Below the pieces are notes generated by a model. The model worked only from the letters and a program-made list of their open reading frames with translations, was not told the origin of the DNA and made no database searches. From assembly GCA_966243015.1 (NCBI GenBank), contig CBIMES010000001.1:50598-114597 (forward strand): a stretch of 64,000 bases of DNA. The letters are read 5' to 3'. Both the position numbers and the translations under genes were made by a program. The DNA comes from an uncultured bacterium (GTDB lineage Bacteria; Patescibacteriota; Minisyncoccia; Phycocordibacterales; UBA6065). Shown piece by piece: positions 43,417 to 53,116 of this stretch; the first letter of the stretch is position 1, and each line of letters opens with the position of its first letter.

Positions 43417-44049
43417 ATGATCATCATTGGACTTGGAAACCCAGGGGCTGAATACGAGGGCACGCGACACAACGCGGGTCGCGAGGCGGTAATGAAGTTT
43501 GCGACGAAGATGAAGTTCGACGACTTCAAGGCGGACAAGAAGTCGCAGGCGCTCGTCGTGAAGGGGACGGTCGAGAAGGGCAAGGCGACCCTCGTCCTTC
43601 CCGAGACGTTTATGAACAAGTCCGGCGTCTCCGCCGGTGTGTTCGCCAAGACCCCGAAGAAGGCGAAGGACCCTAACGGCAAGATTATTAAGGCCTTTCC
43701 CGATCTCATCGTCGTGCACGACGACCTCGATATTCCGCTCGGCAAGGCGAAGATGTCCTGGGACAAGAGCGCGGGCGGACACAAGGGCGTTCAGTCCATC
43801 ATCAAGGCCGTCGGCACCCAGGCGTTCTTCCGTATCCGCATCGGTATCTCTCCCGCAAAAGCCAATGGCCAGGTGAAGAAGATTGACCATGACACCATCA
43901 TCGACAACTTCATCGTCGCCGACTTCAAGCCGAAGGAGGCCGAGGAGCTCAAGAAGGTCATCAAGAAGGTTGTCGACTGCCTCGAGCTCGCCGTCTCTGA
44001 CTCTCCGGAGCGTGCTATGAGCGAGTATAACGCGGAGTTCAGCAAATAA
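43417..44049 (+). CDS. pth: peptidyl-tRNA hydrolase
   Basis: IIGLGNPGAEYEGTRHNAGR (catalytic His), VVHDDLDIPLGK, GHKGV. Start is the internal ATG with TATACT 9 nt upstream. Confidence 0.85.
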   Translation: MIIIGLGNPGAEYEGTRHNAGREAVMKFATKMKFDDFKADKKSQALVVKGTVEKGKATLVLPETFMNKSGVSAGVFAKTPKKAKDPNGKIIKAFPDLIVVHDDLDIPLGKAKMSWDKSAGGHKGVQSIIKAVGTQAFFRIRIGISPAKANGQVKKIDHDTIIDNFIVADFKPKEAEELKKVIKKVVDCLELAVSDSPERAMSEYNAEFSK

Positions 44050-44052
44050 GAG

Positions 44053-44080
44053 AAAGCCCCGCGAGGGGCTTTTCTTTTTG
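44053..44080 (+). terminator. terminator AAAGCCCC-GCGA-GGGGCTTT plus T-run after pth
   Basis: Hairpin plus TCTTTTTG. Confidence 0.7.
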
Positions 44081-44107
44081 GGTCAGAGGGAGTAGGGTGA
44101 TTGCCAA

Positions 44108-44326
44108 ATGGATCCTATTCTTCTCTTCTACGTCTACGACGCTGTCGCTCTCGCGTGTTTCCTTCTCGGTCTCTATCTCATTGCTCGTGGCGGGCATGTT
44201 GGCAAGCTCGCTGGCGTGCTGTTTCTCACGGTGGCGCTAGCCTCATGCACCCAGTCGGCGCGTCTCGCTCACAAGGAGGCGTCGAAGCACATACCTATAC
44301 CCGGGTTTGACTCTCCTGGGAGGTAA
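44108..44326 (+). CDS. small membrane protein (72 aa, two TM)
   Basis: Hydrophobic helices; a strong terminator (GGCGCTTCC-GTAA-GGAAGCGCC plus T8) at 44335..44369 follows directly. Confidence 0.5.
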   Translation: MDPILLFYVYDAVALACFLLGLYLIARGGHVGKLAGVLFLTVALASCTQSARLAHKEASKHIPIPGFDSPGR

Positions 44327-44334
44327 CCAAAGCA

Positions 44335-44369
44335 AAAGGCGCTTCCGTAAGGAAGCGCCGTTTTTTTTG
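44335..44369 (+). terminator. rho-independent terminator with T8 tract
   Basis: Seen directly in the sequence. Confidence 0.75.
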
Positions 44370-44784
44370 CGAGCATGCGCAAGGAACAAAGGGGTGGGGA
44401 CGGGGCGGTCTCGCGTGCGCCCCGTCCCACGGCGATAGTTTTTGTTTGTCCGCCGTGACGAGTCTCGAATGTGTGTACCAGCAAGCCGTTTTGTTCCGCT
44501 CGGACTTGCCAGAGCATCGTTCTGGCTCTCGGGTTCGCCGAACCATCCTGGCCTTGGCCGCCTCCGTGGCGGCATTGGCTCAACCTTTCGGGCCTGGTAG
44601 CGTATGTGTGAGGTGGGCTCTGAGGCCTCAATCCCGCAATTCCATGTATGACCCTGCCTCTGTGCGGGCTTTCGGGCTGGAATCACTCGGCTCCTATTCG
44701 GAATTTCGAGATCTTTGTTCCGTCCATAGTCCATCATACGCCCGATGCGCCTGCGGTCAATCGCCGCCGGTGCGCAACGTAAAA

Positions 44785-44828
44785 GGCTCACCGAAGTGAG
44801 CCTTTTATTGCGGCCTTGTGAGGCCTTT
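44785..44828 (-). terminator. tandem terminator hairpins downstream of rpsA (GGCCT-CACA-AGGCC then GGCTCAC-TTCG-GTGAGCC plus T4)
   Basis: Two hairpins between the rpsA stop (44831) and the orphan region; the second is a GGCTCAC-family hairpin. Confidence 0.6.
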
Positions 44829-44830
44829 TA

Positions 44831-45931
44831 TTACTTCTTGTCGCCTACGTACGAGAGGGTCATCTTCTGGCTGCCCGCATCGAAGAGGGTGATCTTGAAG
44901 CTGTAGGTCTTGCCGAGCTCGAGGTTCTGGCGGAGCTTCTCCTCAGAGCCGAACTCAGAGACGTGAACGAGACCAGCAATTCCTTCCTCGATAGAAGCGA
45001 GCGCTCCGTGTCGGTTGAACTTGATGATGACGCCCTTGACCTCCATCTCCTTCTTGTACTTCTTGCCTGCCTCTGACCATGGGTTAGGCTTGAGAGCCTT
45101 GATAGAAAGGGAAACCTTTCCGTCCTTGATCTCGATGACGCGGACCTTGACCTTATCGCCTACCTTGAAGCGGGTCTTAGGGTCCTCAACCAGAGCCCAG
45201 TCGATCTCAGAGATGTGCACGAGACCCTCGAGACCCTCGTCGATCTTGACGAAGACACCGAAGTCAACCATGCCGGTAACCTTGCCTTCAACGTCGTCGC
45301 CGACCTTGAACTTGGCGACCTGCTCGGTCTTGTCCTTTGACTCAGAGTTCTTTTCCGAGAAGATGAGCTTGCCCTCCTTAGGGAACGCGCCGATAATCGA
45401 GACCGCGAGCTTGGTGCCGACGAGCTTCTTGAGCTCCTCGAGGATGCGATCCTTGTCGCCGTCCTGCACTCGTGGGTAATGCTCAGGCTTGAGCTGGGAC
45501 GCAGGGAGGAAGCCCTGGATGCCCTGCCACTCGATGATGAGACCTCCCTTGTTGGCCTCCTTGATAGGGAGCTCGAGGATCTTCTTCTCCGCGATAGCCT
45601 GCTCTGCCTCGGTCCAGATGAGGGCCTGACGAGCCTCCTTGAGGGAGAGCTCGATGTAGCCGTCCTTGTTAGACTGGTCGACGATCTTCGCCGCGATCTT
45701 GTCGCCGACGTTGATCTTCTTGATAACGTCTCGGGCGATGATGTACTCGCGACCGTAGATGATGCCGGTTCCGAACGGAGGGAGGTCTACGAAGACGCCC
45801 TTCTTGTCGATGGCGATGACGTTGCCCTCGATCATGTCGCCGACGTTAGGCGGGGTGAGGGTGTCCGCGAGGAACTTGTCCATCACTCCGGCCTTCTTAA
45901 TCTCTTCTGCCATAGTGTAAATGGCCGTCAC
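44831..45931 (-). CDS. rpsA: 30S ribosomal protein S1 (short, 4 S1 domains)
   Basis: Four S1/OB repeats (GNVIAIDKKGVFVDL, IIEWQGIQGFLPASQL, GKVTGMVDFGVFVKI, VKGVIIKFNRHGALASI). Confidence 0.8.
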   Translation of the reverse strand: MTAIYTMAEEIKKAGVMDKFLADTLTPPNVGDMIEGNVIAIDKKGVFVDLPPFGTGIIYGREYIIARDVIKKINVGDKIAAKIVDQSNKDGYIELSLKEARQALIWTEAEQAIAEKKILELPIKEANKGGLIIEWQGIQGFLPASQLKPEHYPRVQDGDKDRILEELKKLVGTKLAVSIIGAFPKEGKLIFSEKNSESKDKTEQVAKFKVGDDVEGKVTGMVDFGVFVKIDEGLEGLVHISEIDWALVEDPKTRFKVGDKVKVRVIEIKDGKVSLSIKALKPNPWSEAGKKYKKEMEVKGVIIKFNRHGALASIEEGIAGLVHVSEFGSEEKLRQNLELGKTYSFKITLFDAGSQKMTLSYVGDKK

Positions 45932-46083
45932 GGCTCTTTTCCCAGTGCTCGTTGCCAGTGGTCGCGGAAAAGGGTTACCGATCGGGCGGGATAAAATAAA
46001 AACTGACGAAAGTCAGGTAAAGGCAAGATACCATAAGTGGGGCTTCACGTAAAGCCTTACCTTGGCCGCGCGCGTCGACCTGC

Positions 46084-46359
46084 TTACGGGACCTTTTCCT
46101 CAAGCCTGACAATGCGTTTCTCGTGGTCCTGCCAGTTGCTTCGCGCGACGACGGTGAGGGATTCGAGGTTTCCTTCGACTCGGGTGAGTCTGGTGTCTAT
46201 GGTGTTGAGTTTCGTTTTAACCTCGGACATGTCGGTCTGAAGGTCATAGAGAGCGGGTTCAATGCTTGTCTTGAATTCGTGCATTTCAGCCTTGAATTCG
46301 TTGAATTCAACCTTGGTTACCATTCTCTCGTTGATATCGTCGAAACCGCGCTTCGTCAT
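46084..46359 (-). CDS. small coiled-coil protein, divergent paralog C of the 4132/11249 family
   Basis: MTKRGFDDINERMVTKVEFNEFKAEM.. aligns with MVTKRFDELEANLRNDFRAEL.. of paralog B. The start is uncertain because the frame stays open upstream. Confidence 0.45.
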   Translation of the reverse strand: MTKRGFDDINERMVTKVEFNEFKAEMHEFKTSIEPALYDLQTDMSEVKTKLNTIDTRLTRVEGNLESLTVVARSNWQDHEKRIVRLEEKVP

Positions 46360-46888
46360 GGTGGCGAGTTCGCCGACGGCATCGTCGACGATGACACGAA
46401 CCTCTCGTATCACCTCCTTGCTGATCTTTTTGCTGAGCTCTCTGCTCAGCTCGGTGCCAAAAGTCACGAGGTCTTTCCTCGTGATGGGGTCGCTGTCGCT
46501 TGTGTGGTGCTTTCTCCTCACGCCTGTAATTGTCGGGCTAAAGGCGATGAAATCCCATGAAATAAAAATCAAAGAGTGCTTTGGGCGAGAGTTTATGACT
46601 TTAGGCAAGCGGTACAAAAGAAAATGGCCGCACCTTGCGGTGCGGCCACGAGAGACCGGCTCGGCCTTTCGGTTGGCTTGGCAGACGTTCGCGTCGGGGG
46701 ACGCGCGGTGCGAGTGGTGGCCTGCATGTCGGCCGGCTCGTCCTCGGCTGCGTTGTTTCTGCCTGATTCGTCTTCCCGTGCTTGGCGCGGGGGGAGTACT
46801 CTGGAATCGCGTTGAATCGGTTTGCGGACCGGCTCGGTGAGCCGCGACCCTCAACCCCGACCGTTGCAAGCGGTCGGTTTGGCCAGTC

Positions 46889-46925
46889 TGCCCGGCGCCG
46901 GGCAGACTCGAGTTTTTCTTTGCCG
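46889..46925 (+). terminator. rho-independent terminator AGTCTGCCCGG-CG-CCGGGCAGACT plus GAGTTTTTCTTTG with no upstream CDS (end of candidate ncRNA)
   Basis: 10-11 bp GC stem plus T-tract on the + strand. Confidence 0.55.
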
Positions 46926-47042
46926 ACAGGCGAGGAACCGTTCCCGCATCTAGGCTACTCCCTGTGCGACGGGTGTCAATAAAGAAAGCGCCCCTTCTTG
47001 TCAATCTAGATGCGGAAAGGGAAATACACTATACTTCTCGGC

Positions 47043-47666
47043 ATGGTAATCACATATCAAGGCGGATACTTCTTCAAGGTACAGTTCGGCGACATAACGC
47101 TCGCCGTCAACCCGATCTCAAAGGACTCGAAGCTCAAGTCGAGCCGCTTCGGCGCGGATGTCGCCCTCGTCTCGGCGAACAACGGTGACATGAACGGCGT
47201 CGACCAGGTGTCGTTCGGCGGCAAGGAGGCTTTTTCCATCACCGGTCCCGGCGAATACGAGATCAAGGACGTTTTCATCAAAGGCTTCGCCTCGGAAACC
47301 AATTATGGGGGAGAAAAGAAGATCAACACCATATATACGGTGCAGCTCGAGAACATGAACCTCTGTTTCCTGGGCGCCCTCTCGACCAAGGACCTGCCAA
47401 CCGAGGCTGACGAGAGCATTGAGTCCATCGACATCCTCTTCGTGCCTGTCAGCTCGGACACGCTTTCGCCTGCCGACGCGTACAAGCTCGCGGTGAAGCT
47501 CGAGCCGAAGCTCATTATCCCGGTGTCCACGGATGCGGCAGCCATCAAGACCTTCCTCAAGGAGGCCGGCGAGGAGGGACAGAAGCCGCAGGACAAGCTC
47601 ACCCTCAAGCGCAAGGACCTCGACGGCAAGGACGCCGACGTCGTCGTGCTCGAGGCTCAGGCCTAG
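47043..47666 (+). CDS. MBL-fold metal-dependent hydrolase-like protein (UPF0173-like)
   Basis: Beta-lactamase-fold pattern (KVQFGDITLAVNP.., DVALVSANNGD.., IDILFVPVSSD). TATACT lies 7 nt upstream of the ATG at 47043. Confidence 0.55.
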   Translation: MVITYQGGYFFKVQFGDITLAVNPISKDSKLKSSRFGADVALVSANNGDMNGVDQVSFGGKEAFSITGPGEYEIKDVFIKGFASETNYGGEKKINTIYTVQLENMNLCFLGALSTKDLPTEADESIESIDILFVPVSSDTLSPADAYKLAVKLEPKLIIPVSTDAAAIKTFLKEAGEEGQKPQDKLTLKRKDLDGKDADVVVLEAQA

Positions 47667-47694
47667 GTAACGCGGGCGAGGCCCGCTCACATCA

Positions 47695-48102
47695 ATGTTT
47701 CAATTTATCGAGAACATGAGGAGGAAGTCGGAAAGCCAGAAGCGTCGCTTCATCTTCCTTTCCGCTACGGGTGTCACTCTCGTTATTGCGTGTTTCTGGG
47801 GCGTTGCTCTCGCCTTTAGGATAAACAGCGGCGCGATTTCCTTCGAGCTAAGCCCTTCTGAGAACAGCGAAATCAGGAATCTCGGCCAGAAGCTGAATGA
47901 TTCCTGGAATGAGTTCTTCGCCGATATCGACGATGGATCCACTACGACTGTCTCCTCTACCGAAGCGCAGTACCCCGCCCTTGAGGAGATGTTTGGCGGA
48001 AGGAGGGCGACCTCATCTGAGTCCGACCGTGATTCCGAGCCCGACGTTATCCTTGATGAGCCTCAGACGGAGTACTATCCAGCTGATATCTATTCGAACT
48101 AA
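47695..48102 (+). CDS. hypothetical membrane-anchored protein
   Basis: N-terminal TM (FIFLSATGVTLVIACFWGVALAF) plus an acidic C-terminal region; a bidirectional terminator at 48105..48140 follows. Confidence 0.5.
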   Translation: MFQFIENMRRKSESQKRRFIFLSATGVTLVIACFWGVALAFRINSGAISFELSPSENSEIRNLGQKLNDSWNEFFADIDDGSTTTVSSTEAQYPALEEMFGGRRATSSESDRDSEPDVILDEPQTEYYPADIYSN

Positions 48103-48144
48103 AGAAAAGGCGCCGCACTTCGTGCGGCGCCTGCTTTTCGGGGC

Positions 48145-48534
48145 CTAATGCCAGGTCTTGGGCCAGTCCCAGCTAATGTTGAATCTATCGAGTGTTATCG
48201 AGATCGCGGTCAGCGTTCTCTTGCCAATGTCGTAGATTCCGGACACTTTGGCGGCGGGTATCGCGACGAATTCCTCCACGGTGATTTCCGCGAACGTGCG
48301 TTTCGTTCCCGGAACCTGCTTTATGAGGATTGCTGAGCGTATGCCCGCGTGATCCTTTGTCACCTTACTCTGGAAGAAATCCCCGAATCTCATGTCGAGG
48401 ACTTCCTGGCTGGGCAATGAGGACTCCACGGCCTTCAGCAGTAAGTGCGATGCCTCGATAAAGGCGGGTGATTTTTCTGGGACAAGTCGCATCTGGTGGG
48501 CCGCGGCACGGATGCGCGATAGGTTTTTGATCAT
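48145..48534 (-). CDS. hypothetical protein with helix-hairpin-helix-like segment
   Basis: EITVEEFVAIPAAKVSGIYDIGKRTLTAISITL resembles RNA polymerase alpha-CTD/HhH motifs. Weak. Confidence 0.45.
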   Translation of the reverse strand: MIKNLSRIRAAAHQMRLVPEKSPAFIEASHLLLKAVESSLPSQEVLDMRFGDFFQSKVTKDHAGIRSAILIKQVPGTKRTFAEITVEEFVAIPAAKVSGIYDIGKRTLTAISITLDRFNISWDWPKTWH

Positions 48535-48639
48535 GGGTAAAGGTCGTTTCGATGTTGACGTTACGTTGTGTGAGCGAGTATGTCAAGTACTTGAAAAGTG
48601 CTGAAAATGCTATAATCCACGCACTAAAACCCATAATCC

Positions 48640-51108
48640 ATGAGCCCGAAAAACACCGTTCCTGAGCCTAAGCTGCCGTTCGAAGAGAAGGGCGTCATCG
48701 GACGAAGCATCGTCACTGAGATGCGCGAGTCATACCTCGACTACGCGATGTCGGTCATCACCTCGCGAGCGCTTCCTGACGTGCGCGACGGACTCAAACC
48801 GGTGCACCGCCGCATCCTCTACGCGATGCACGAGATCGGCCTCACGGCGTCCGCCAAGACCAAGAAGTCGGCGACCATCGTCGGAGACGTGCTCGGTAAG
48901 TACCACCCGCACGGCGACGCGTCGGTGTACGACGCGATGGTGAAGATGGCCCAGGACTTCTCGATGCGCTACCCGCTCATCATCGGTCAGGGTAACTTCG
49001 GCTCGATCGACGGAGACGGCGCCGCGGCGTACCGATACACCGAGGCAAAGATGTCCAAGCTCTCGGGTGAGCTTCTCCGCGACCTCGAGAAGGAGACCGT
49101 CGACTTCCGGCCGAACTACGACAACACCAAGAAGGAACCGGTCGTTCTTCCGACCGCCGTGCCGAACCTCCTCCTCAACGGCACCCTCGGCATCGCCGTC
49201 GGTATGGCGACGAACATCCCTCCGCATAATCTCGGCGAGGTGCTCGACGCTACGACCCATCTCATGGAGAATCCCGACGCGACTACGGAGGACCTCCTGG
49301 GCTTCATCAAGGGACCTGACTTCCCGACGGGCGGCACCATCTACAACGAGAAGGACATCCATCACGCCTATTCGACCGGAAAGGGCGGTATCGTCACGCG
49401 TGGCGACGCCGAGATCGTCGAGAACAAGGCGGGCCAGTTCCAGATCATCATCAGCTCGATCCCGTATCGCGTGGTGAAGGCAGACCTCATCATGGCAATC
49501 GCCGATCACGTGCGCGAGAAACGCATCGAGGGCATCAAAGGCCTCCGCGACGAGTCCGCGAAGGACATTCGCATCGTCATCGACCTCAAGCAGGGCGCGC
49601 ACCCTCAGAAGGTGCTCAACTTCCTCTACAAGCACACTCAGCTCGAGGAGACCTTCCATTTGAATATGGTCGCCCTCGTGAAGGGCCGACCGGAGACTCT
49701 CTCGCTCAAGTCCATCCTCGAGCACTTTATCGAGCATCGCATGGAGGTGGTCAAGCGACGCACCACCTACGATCTCCGCATCGCCGAGGCACGCGAGCAT
49801 ATCCTCCTCGGTCTCAAGAAGGCCCTCGATCACATCGACGAGATCATCAAGCTCATCCGCGCCTCAAAGACCGTAGAGGAGGCGAAGGAGGGGCTCATGA
49901 AGAAGTTCAAGTTCTCGGCCCTCCAGGCCCAGGCTATCCTCGACATGCGACTTCAGAAGCTCGCTGGACTCGAGCGCAAGAAGATCGAGGACGAGCTCAA
50001 GGAGGTCCAGGCCCTCATCGAGGAGCTCAAGGCGCTTCTCGCCAGCCCGAAGAAGATGATGAACGCCATCAAGGGCGAGCTCGTCGAGATTCGCGCGAAG
50101 TACGGCAACGAGCGACGCACCAAGTCAGTGAGAACCGCCCTCGGCGAGATCTCCGACGAGGACCTCATCCCTGACGTCGAGACCGTTCTTGTCCTCACCC
50201 AGGGCGGCTACGTCAAGCGAACTGCCCCGGACGAGTACCGCAAGCAGAAGCGCGGAGGCGTGGGCGTCGTCGATCTCGATACCAAGGAAGAGGACTTCGT
50301 CACCAACCTCGTCACTACCACGACCCATGCGGACGTGCTCTTCTTCACCGACAAGGGCAGGGCGTTTCAGATCAAGATGTACGACATTCCCGAGGGTAGG
50401 CGCGCCACCAAGGGCAAGGCCCTCGTGAACTTCCTCGCACTCGCCGACGACGAGAAGGTCACCTCGATCCTGCCGATGCCGAAGGAGTCAAAGGCGTCCG
50501 CGGAGCTCTCGCTCATGATGGTCACCAAGCTCGGAACCGCCAAGAAGGTAAAGGCCGAGAGCTTCCACGACGTACGCCGATCGGGCCTCATCGCCATCAC
50601 CCTTGAGCCGGGCGACGCGCTTGTCTCGGTGTCGTTCGTCTCGAAGGGCGACGACGTGTCCATCGTCACGGCCGACGGTCAGTCTATCCGCTTCGCGGAG
50701 TCTGACGTCCGCGAGATGGGCAGGGCGGCCATGGGCGTCCGCGGCATCAACCTCGGAAAGGGCGACTCCGTCATCAGCGCGGACGCCGTGAAGAAGGGCG
50801 CCAAGGGCGCGCGCATGATGGTTATCTCGAAGAACGGCTACGGCAAGACGACCGACATGTCCGAGTACAAGACTCAGGGCCGCGGCGGATCGGGAATCCT
50901 CACCATGAACGTGACTGACAAGACGGGCGTCGTCATCGCCGCCAAGGTCATCACCGAGGAGGACAGCGAGCTCGTGGCTATGTCCAAGAAGTCCCAGGTC
51001 GTCCGCGTCGAGCTCGCCGAGATTCCGACCCTCGGCCGCCAGACCCAGGGCGTCCGCGTCATGAAGCTCCGCGACGGCGACTCTCTCGCGAGCGTGGTCT
51101 GTCTCTAG
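48640..51108 (+). CDS. gyrA: DNA gyrase subunit A
   Basis: N-terminal GyrA box ([21 protein letters not shown]), active-site Tyr region, C-terminal beta-pinwheel repeats. TGcTATAAT lies 24 nt upstream. Confidence 0.95.
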   Translation: MSPKNTVPEPKLPFEEKGVIGRSIVTEMRESYLDYAMSVITSRALPDVRDGLKPVHRRILYAMHEIGLTASAKTKKSATIVGDVLGKYHPHGDASVYDAMVKMAQDFSMRYPLIIGQGNFGSIDGDGAAAYRYTEAKMSKLSGELLRDLEKETVDFRPNYDNTKKEPVVLPTAVPNLLLNGTLGIAVGMATNIPPHNLGEVLDATTHLMENPDATTEDLLGFIKGPDFPTGGTIYNEKDIHHAYSTGKGGIVTRGDAEIVENKAGQFQIIISSIPYRVVKADLIMAIADHVREKRIEGIKGLRDESAKDIRIVIDLKQGAHPQKVLNFLYKHTQLEETFHLNMVALVKGRPETLSLKSILEHFIEHRMEVVKRRTTYDLRIAEAREHILLGLKKALDHIDEIIKLIRASKTVEEAKEGLMKKFKFSALQAQAILDMRLQKLAGLERKKIEDELKEVQALIEELKALLASPKKMMNAIKGELVEIRAKYGNERRTKSVRTALGEISDEDLIPDVETVLVLTQGGYVKRTAPDEYRKQKRGGVGVVDLDTKEEDFVTNLVTTTTHADVLFFTDKGRAFQIKMYDIPEGRRATKGKALVNFLALADDEKVTSILPMPKESKASAELSLMMVTKLGTAKKVKAESFHDVRRSGLIAITLEPGDALVSVSFVSKGDDVSIVTADGQSIRFAESDVREMGRAAMGVRGINLGKGDSVISADAVKKGAKGARMMVISKNGYGKTTDMSEYKTQGRGGSGILTMNVTDKTGVVIAAKVITEEDSELVAMSKKSQVVRVELAEIPTLGRQTQGVRVMKLRDGDSLASVVCL

Positions 51109-51133
51109 GCTCAAAATTCCCATATTTCCTCAA

Positions 51134-51168
51134 GCGACGCCTCCCGAAAGGGAGGCGTTGACTTTTTG
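51134..51168 (+). terminator. terminator ACGCCTCCC-GAAA-GGGAGGCGT plus TGACTTTTTG after gyrA
   Basis: Seen directly in the sequence. Confidence 0.7.
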
Positions 51169-51251
51169 TGTTTCTCATGTAGAAATGGGTTCAGACAGTA
51201 ATCGGATGCGCGCGTCGCGCGTCCGCTGTTCTTCGCAAACCGTTTGAAATC

Positions 51252-52292
51252 ATGACTACACCACAAAAACCGCCCCCGAATCCCCACAAATTGGACGATT
51301 CGGAAGAAGGGTCTGACGGCAGGAAGAAAGGTGTCTGGATTTGGCTTGTGAGCATAGCGCTGGTCCTTACCATCGGCGCGATGCTCCTGACCAAGGCGCA
51401 CATGCTGCCCTGGTCTTCCGAATCCGCGACGCCTGCCACGGCTGACCACAAGTCTGAGTCCGAGCGACTCAAGAAGGAAAATGAGGAGCTCGTCGGCAAG
51501 CTTTCGCTCGCCGAGGGTAAACTCAAGAATTCCGAGGGTCAGCTCAAGATAAAGCAGGCAGCCCTGGACACCGCAAACCTCACCCTTACCGCAAACGCGG
51601 TAGAGGCCGAGAGGATAAACGGCGAGCGGCTGTCGATGATCAAAGATATGGGTAAGACGGGTAGGGAACGAGACGACCTCAAGGTCGAGCGGGACACGTT
51701 GAAGAAGCAGAACGAGCTTCTCATCGCCGACCTCGAGACCGTCGATGGAAAGAGGAAGGCACTTGAAGCCGAGAATGAGGCCCTTAAACAGATCGCGGCC
51801 TCTCTTCAGGTGACTCCCTTAGCCCCGACCGAGGCGACTGCTTCCTCTGTCTCCCTGCAACCTGAACCGATGCCGCAGGTGCCGCCAACACCGGTGCCGG
51901 CAATCGAGGTCGAGCAGGGTCCTGTAAAGCCGTCAGCCGTGCCGGTCGTTTCAGCGTCTCCCTCGGGCGCCTCGCACAAGAAGACGCGAAGCGGCTCGTG
52001 GAAGCAGCTGAAATTCCACGTCGGCATATCTACGGACTCATATTCGGTTTCCGAGTATGTGTCCGAAGAAAGGCTTCGTGTTGTCCCGGTTCGTGGTCTC
52101 GTGCTCGAGACCAAGCCCGAGGGCGTGCTGGGTAGGCTGGCGTCCCCCGACTATACCCAGATCAAGGAAGACGTCTCGCAGATATCTGTCCCAAGCGGCG
52201 TTCGCTCGATCAGACTTTGTATCGACCCGACTCTCGCCCAGAAGGGAAGCCAGCTGATCGTCGAGGTGTTCGTGCCGGACGGAAAAAAGTAG
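51252..52292 (+). CDS. membrane-anchored coiled-coil protein (hypothetical)
   Basis: TM (VWIWLVSIALVLTIGAMLL), long coiled coil (ERLKKENEELVGKLSLAEGKLKN..), Pro-rich linker, beta-rich C-terminal domain. A terminator lies at 52309..52342. Confidence 0.6.
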   Translation: MTTPQKPPPNPHKLDDSEEGSDGRKKGVWIWLVSIALVLTIGAMLLTKAHMLPWSSESATPATADHKSESERLKKENEELVGKLSLAEGKLKNSEGQLKIKQAALDTANLTLTANAVEAERINGERLSMIKDMGKTGRERDDLKVERDTLKKQNELLIADLETVDGKRKALEAENEALKQIAASLQVTPLAPTEATASSVSLQPEPMPQVPPTPVPAIEVEQGPVKPSAVPVVSASPSGASHKKTRSGSWKQLKFHVGISTDSYSVSEYVSEERLRVVPVRGLVLETKPEGVLGRLASPDYTQIKEDVSQISVPSGVRSIRLCIDPTLAQKGSQLIVEVFVPDGKK

Positions 52293-52373
52293 GCAAGTTG
52301 TCTTATCGGCCCCGAGCGCAAAGCGCTCGGGGCTTTTTCTTGCCGTGGCAGGGTTTGCTATACTATGTACATC

Positions 52374-52832
52374 ATGAAAAACGTACGTGTCCTTGCGGGA
52401 AAGGTTATTGGATCGCTCTTCGCACTCGCCCTTGTCTTGTCGGCTGTCGCGCCAACGGTCGCTTCGGCCCAGTTCACTCTTTTTCAGGGTGGTTCGGGAG
52501 GTTCTGGCGGATCGGTATCAAGTGGCTTCGCTGGAGGCGCGTGCGCCAATCTGAGGACGGGTGGCTTCGTCGGAGTGGTTGACTGCGTCATCATCTTTTT
52601 CAACTACTTCATCTACATCATCACCGCGCTCACCGTTGTTTACGTGGTCGTCGGTGCCTTCAGGCTCACGAACGAGGAGAAGAGGGAGGACGGCAAGCAG
52701 ATGATCTATCACGGCATCATTGGCCTCTTTATCATGTCGTCCATTTGGGGCCTTGTTAACATACTCGACAGTACCTTCAATTTGTCCGGCAGCTCGCCGA
52801 TGATTCCTCCGACCATAGAAAGGACTTTCTAG
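52374..52832 (+). CDS. VirB2/TrbC-like pilin candidate P1 (signal peptide plus two TM helices)
   Basis: Signal peptide ending ASAQ, Gly/Ser-rich segment with a Cys pair, helix-1 (VIIFFNYFIYIITALTVVYVVVGAF), charged loop NEEKREDGKQ, helix-2 (IYHGIIGLFIMSSIWGLVNIL). TATACT lies 9 nt upstream of the ATG at 52374. Confidence 0.6.
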   Translation: MKNVRVLAGKVIGSLFALALVLSAVAPTVASAQFTLFQGGSGGSGGSVSSGFAGGACANLRTGGFVGVVDCVIIFFNYFIYIITALTVVYVVVGAFRLTNEEKREDGKQMIYHGIIGLFIMSSIWGLVNILDSTFNLSGSSPMIPPTIERTF

Positions 52833-53116
52833 CCTCATTTTCCGGTCAATGCCCTCCCTGAGAGGGTATTGACTTTTTGTATTTTTATGATAAAAGGATA
52901 ACAAACAGTATCACAAGGAGGCGCGCGATTGCGTCTCACTGTTGTTCTTCGAAACCAACACCGTTTGTAACTATGAGCTCAACACCCAGTGGTGATGGTC
53001 AAAAGGATCCTGTCCTCGAGACCCACCTCACCAATAACTTCGTCAGAATCTTCTTTTTCCTCGTCCCTCGCCCCAAGTTTATGAAGGGCGAGAAGTGGAA
53101 AAATTTGTCCGGAGTC

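Noticed and set aside
44372-44784. Identification of the orphan region as RNase P RNA, tmRNA or SRP RNA
   Set aside because: Hallmark motifs (P4 GGAAAGUCCGG / CCGGCUUA, a tRNA-like GGTTCGAntCC..ACCA 3' end with tag ORF, the SRP GGAAGCAGC loop) were not found on either strand by eye, so no class assignment is made.
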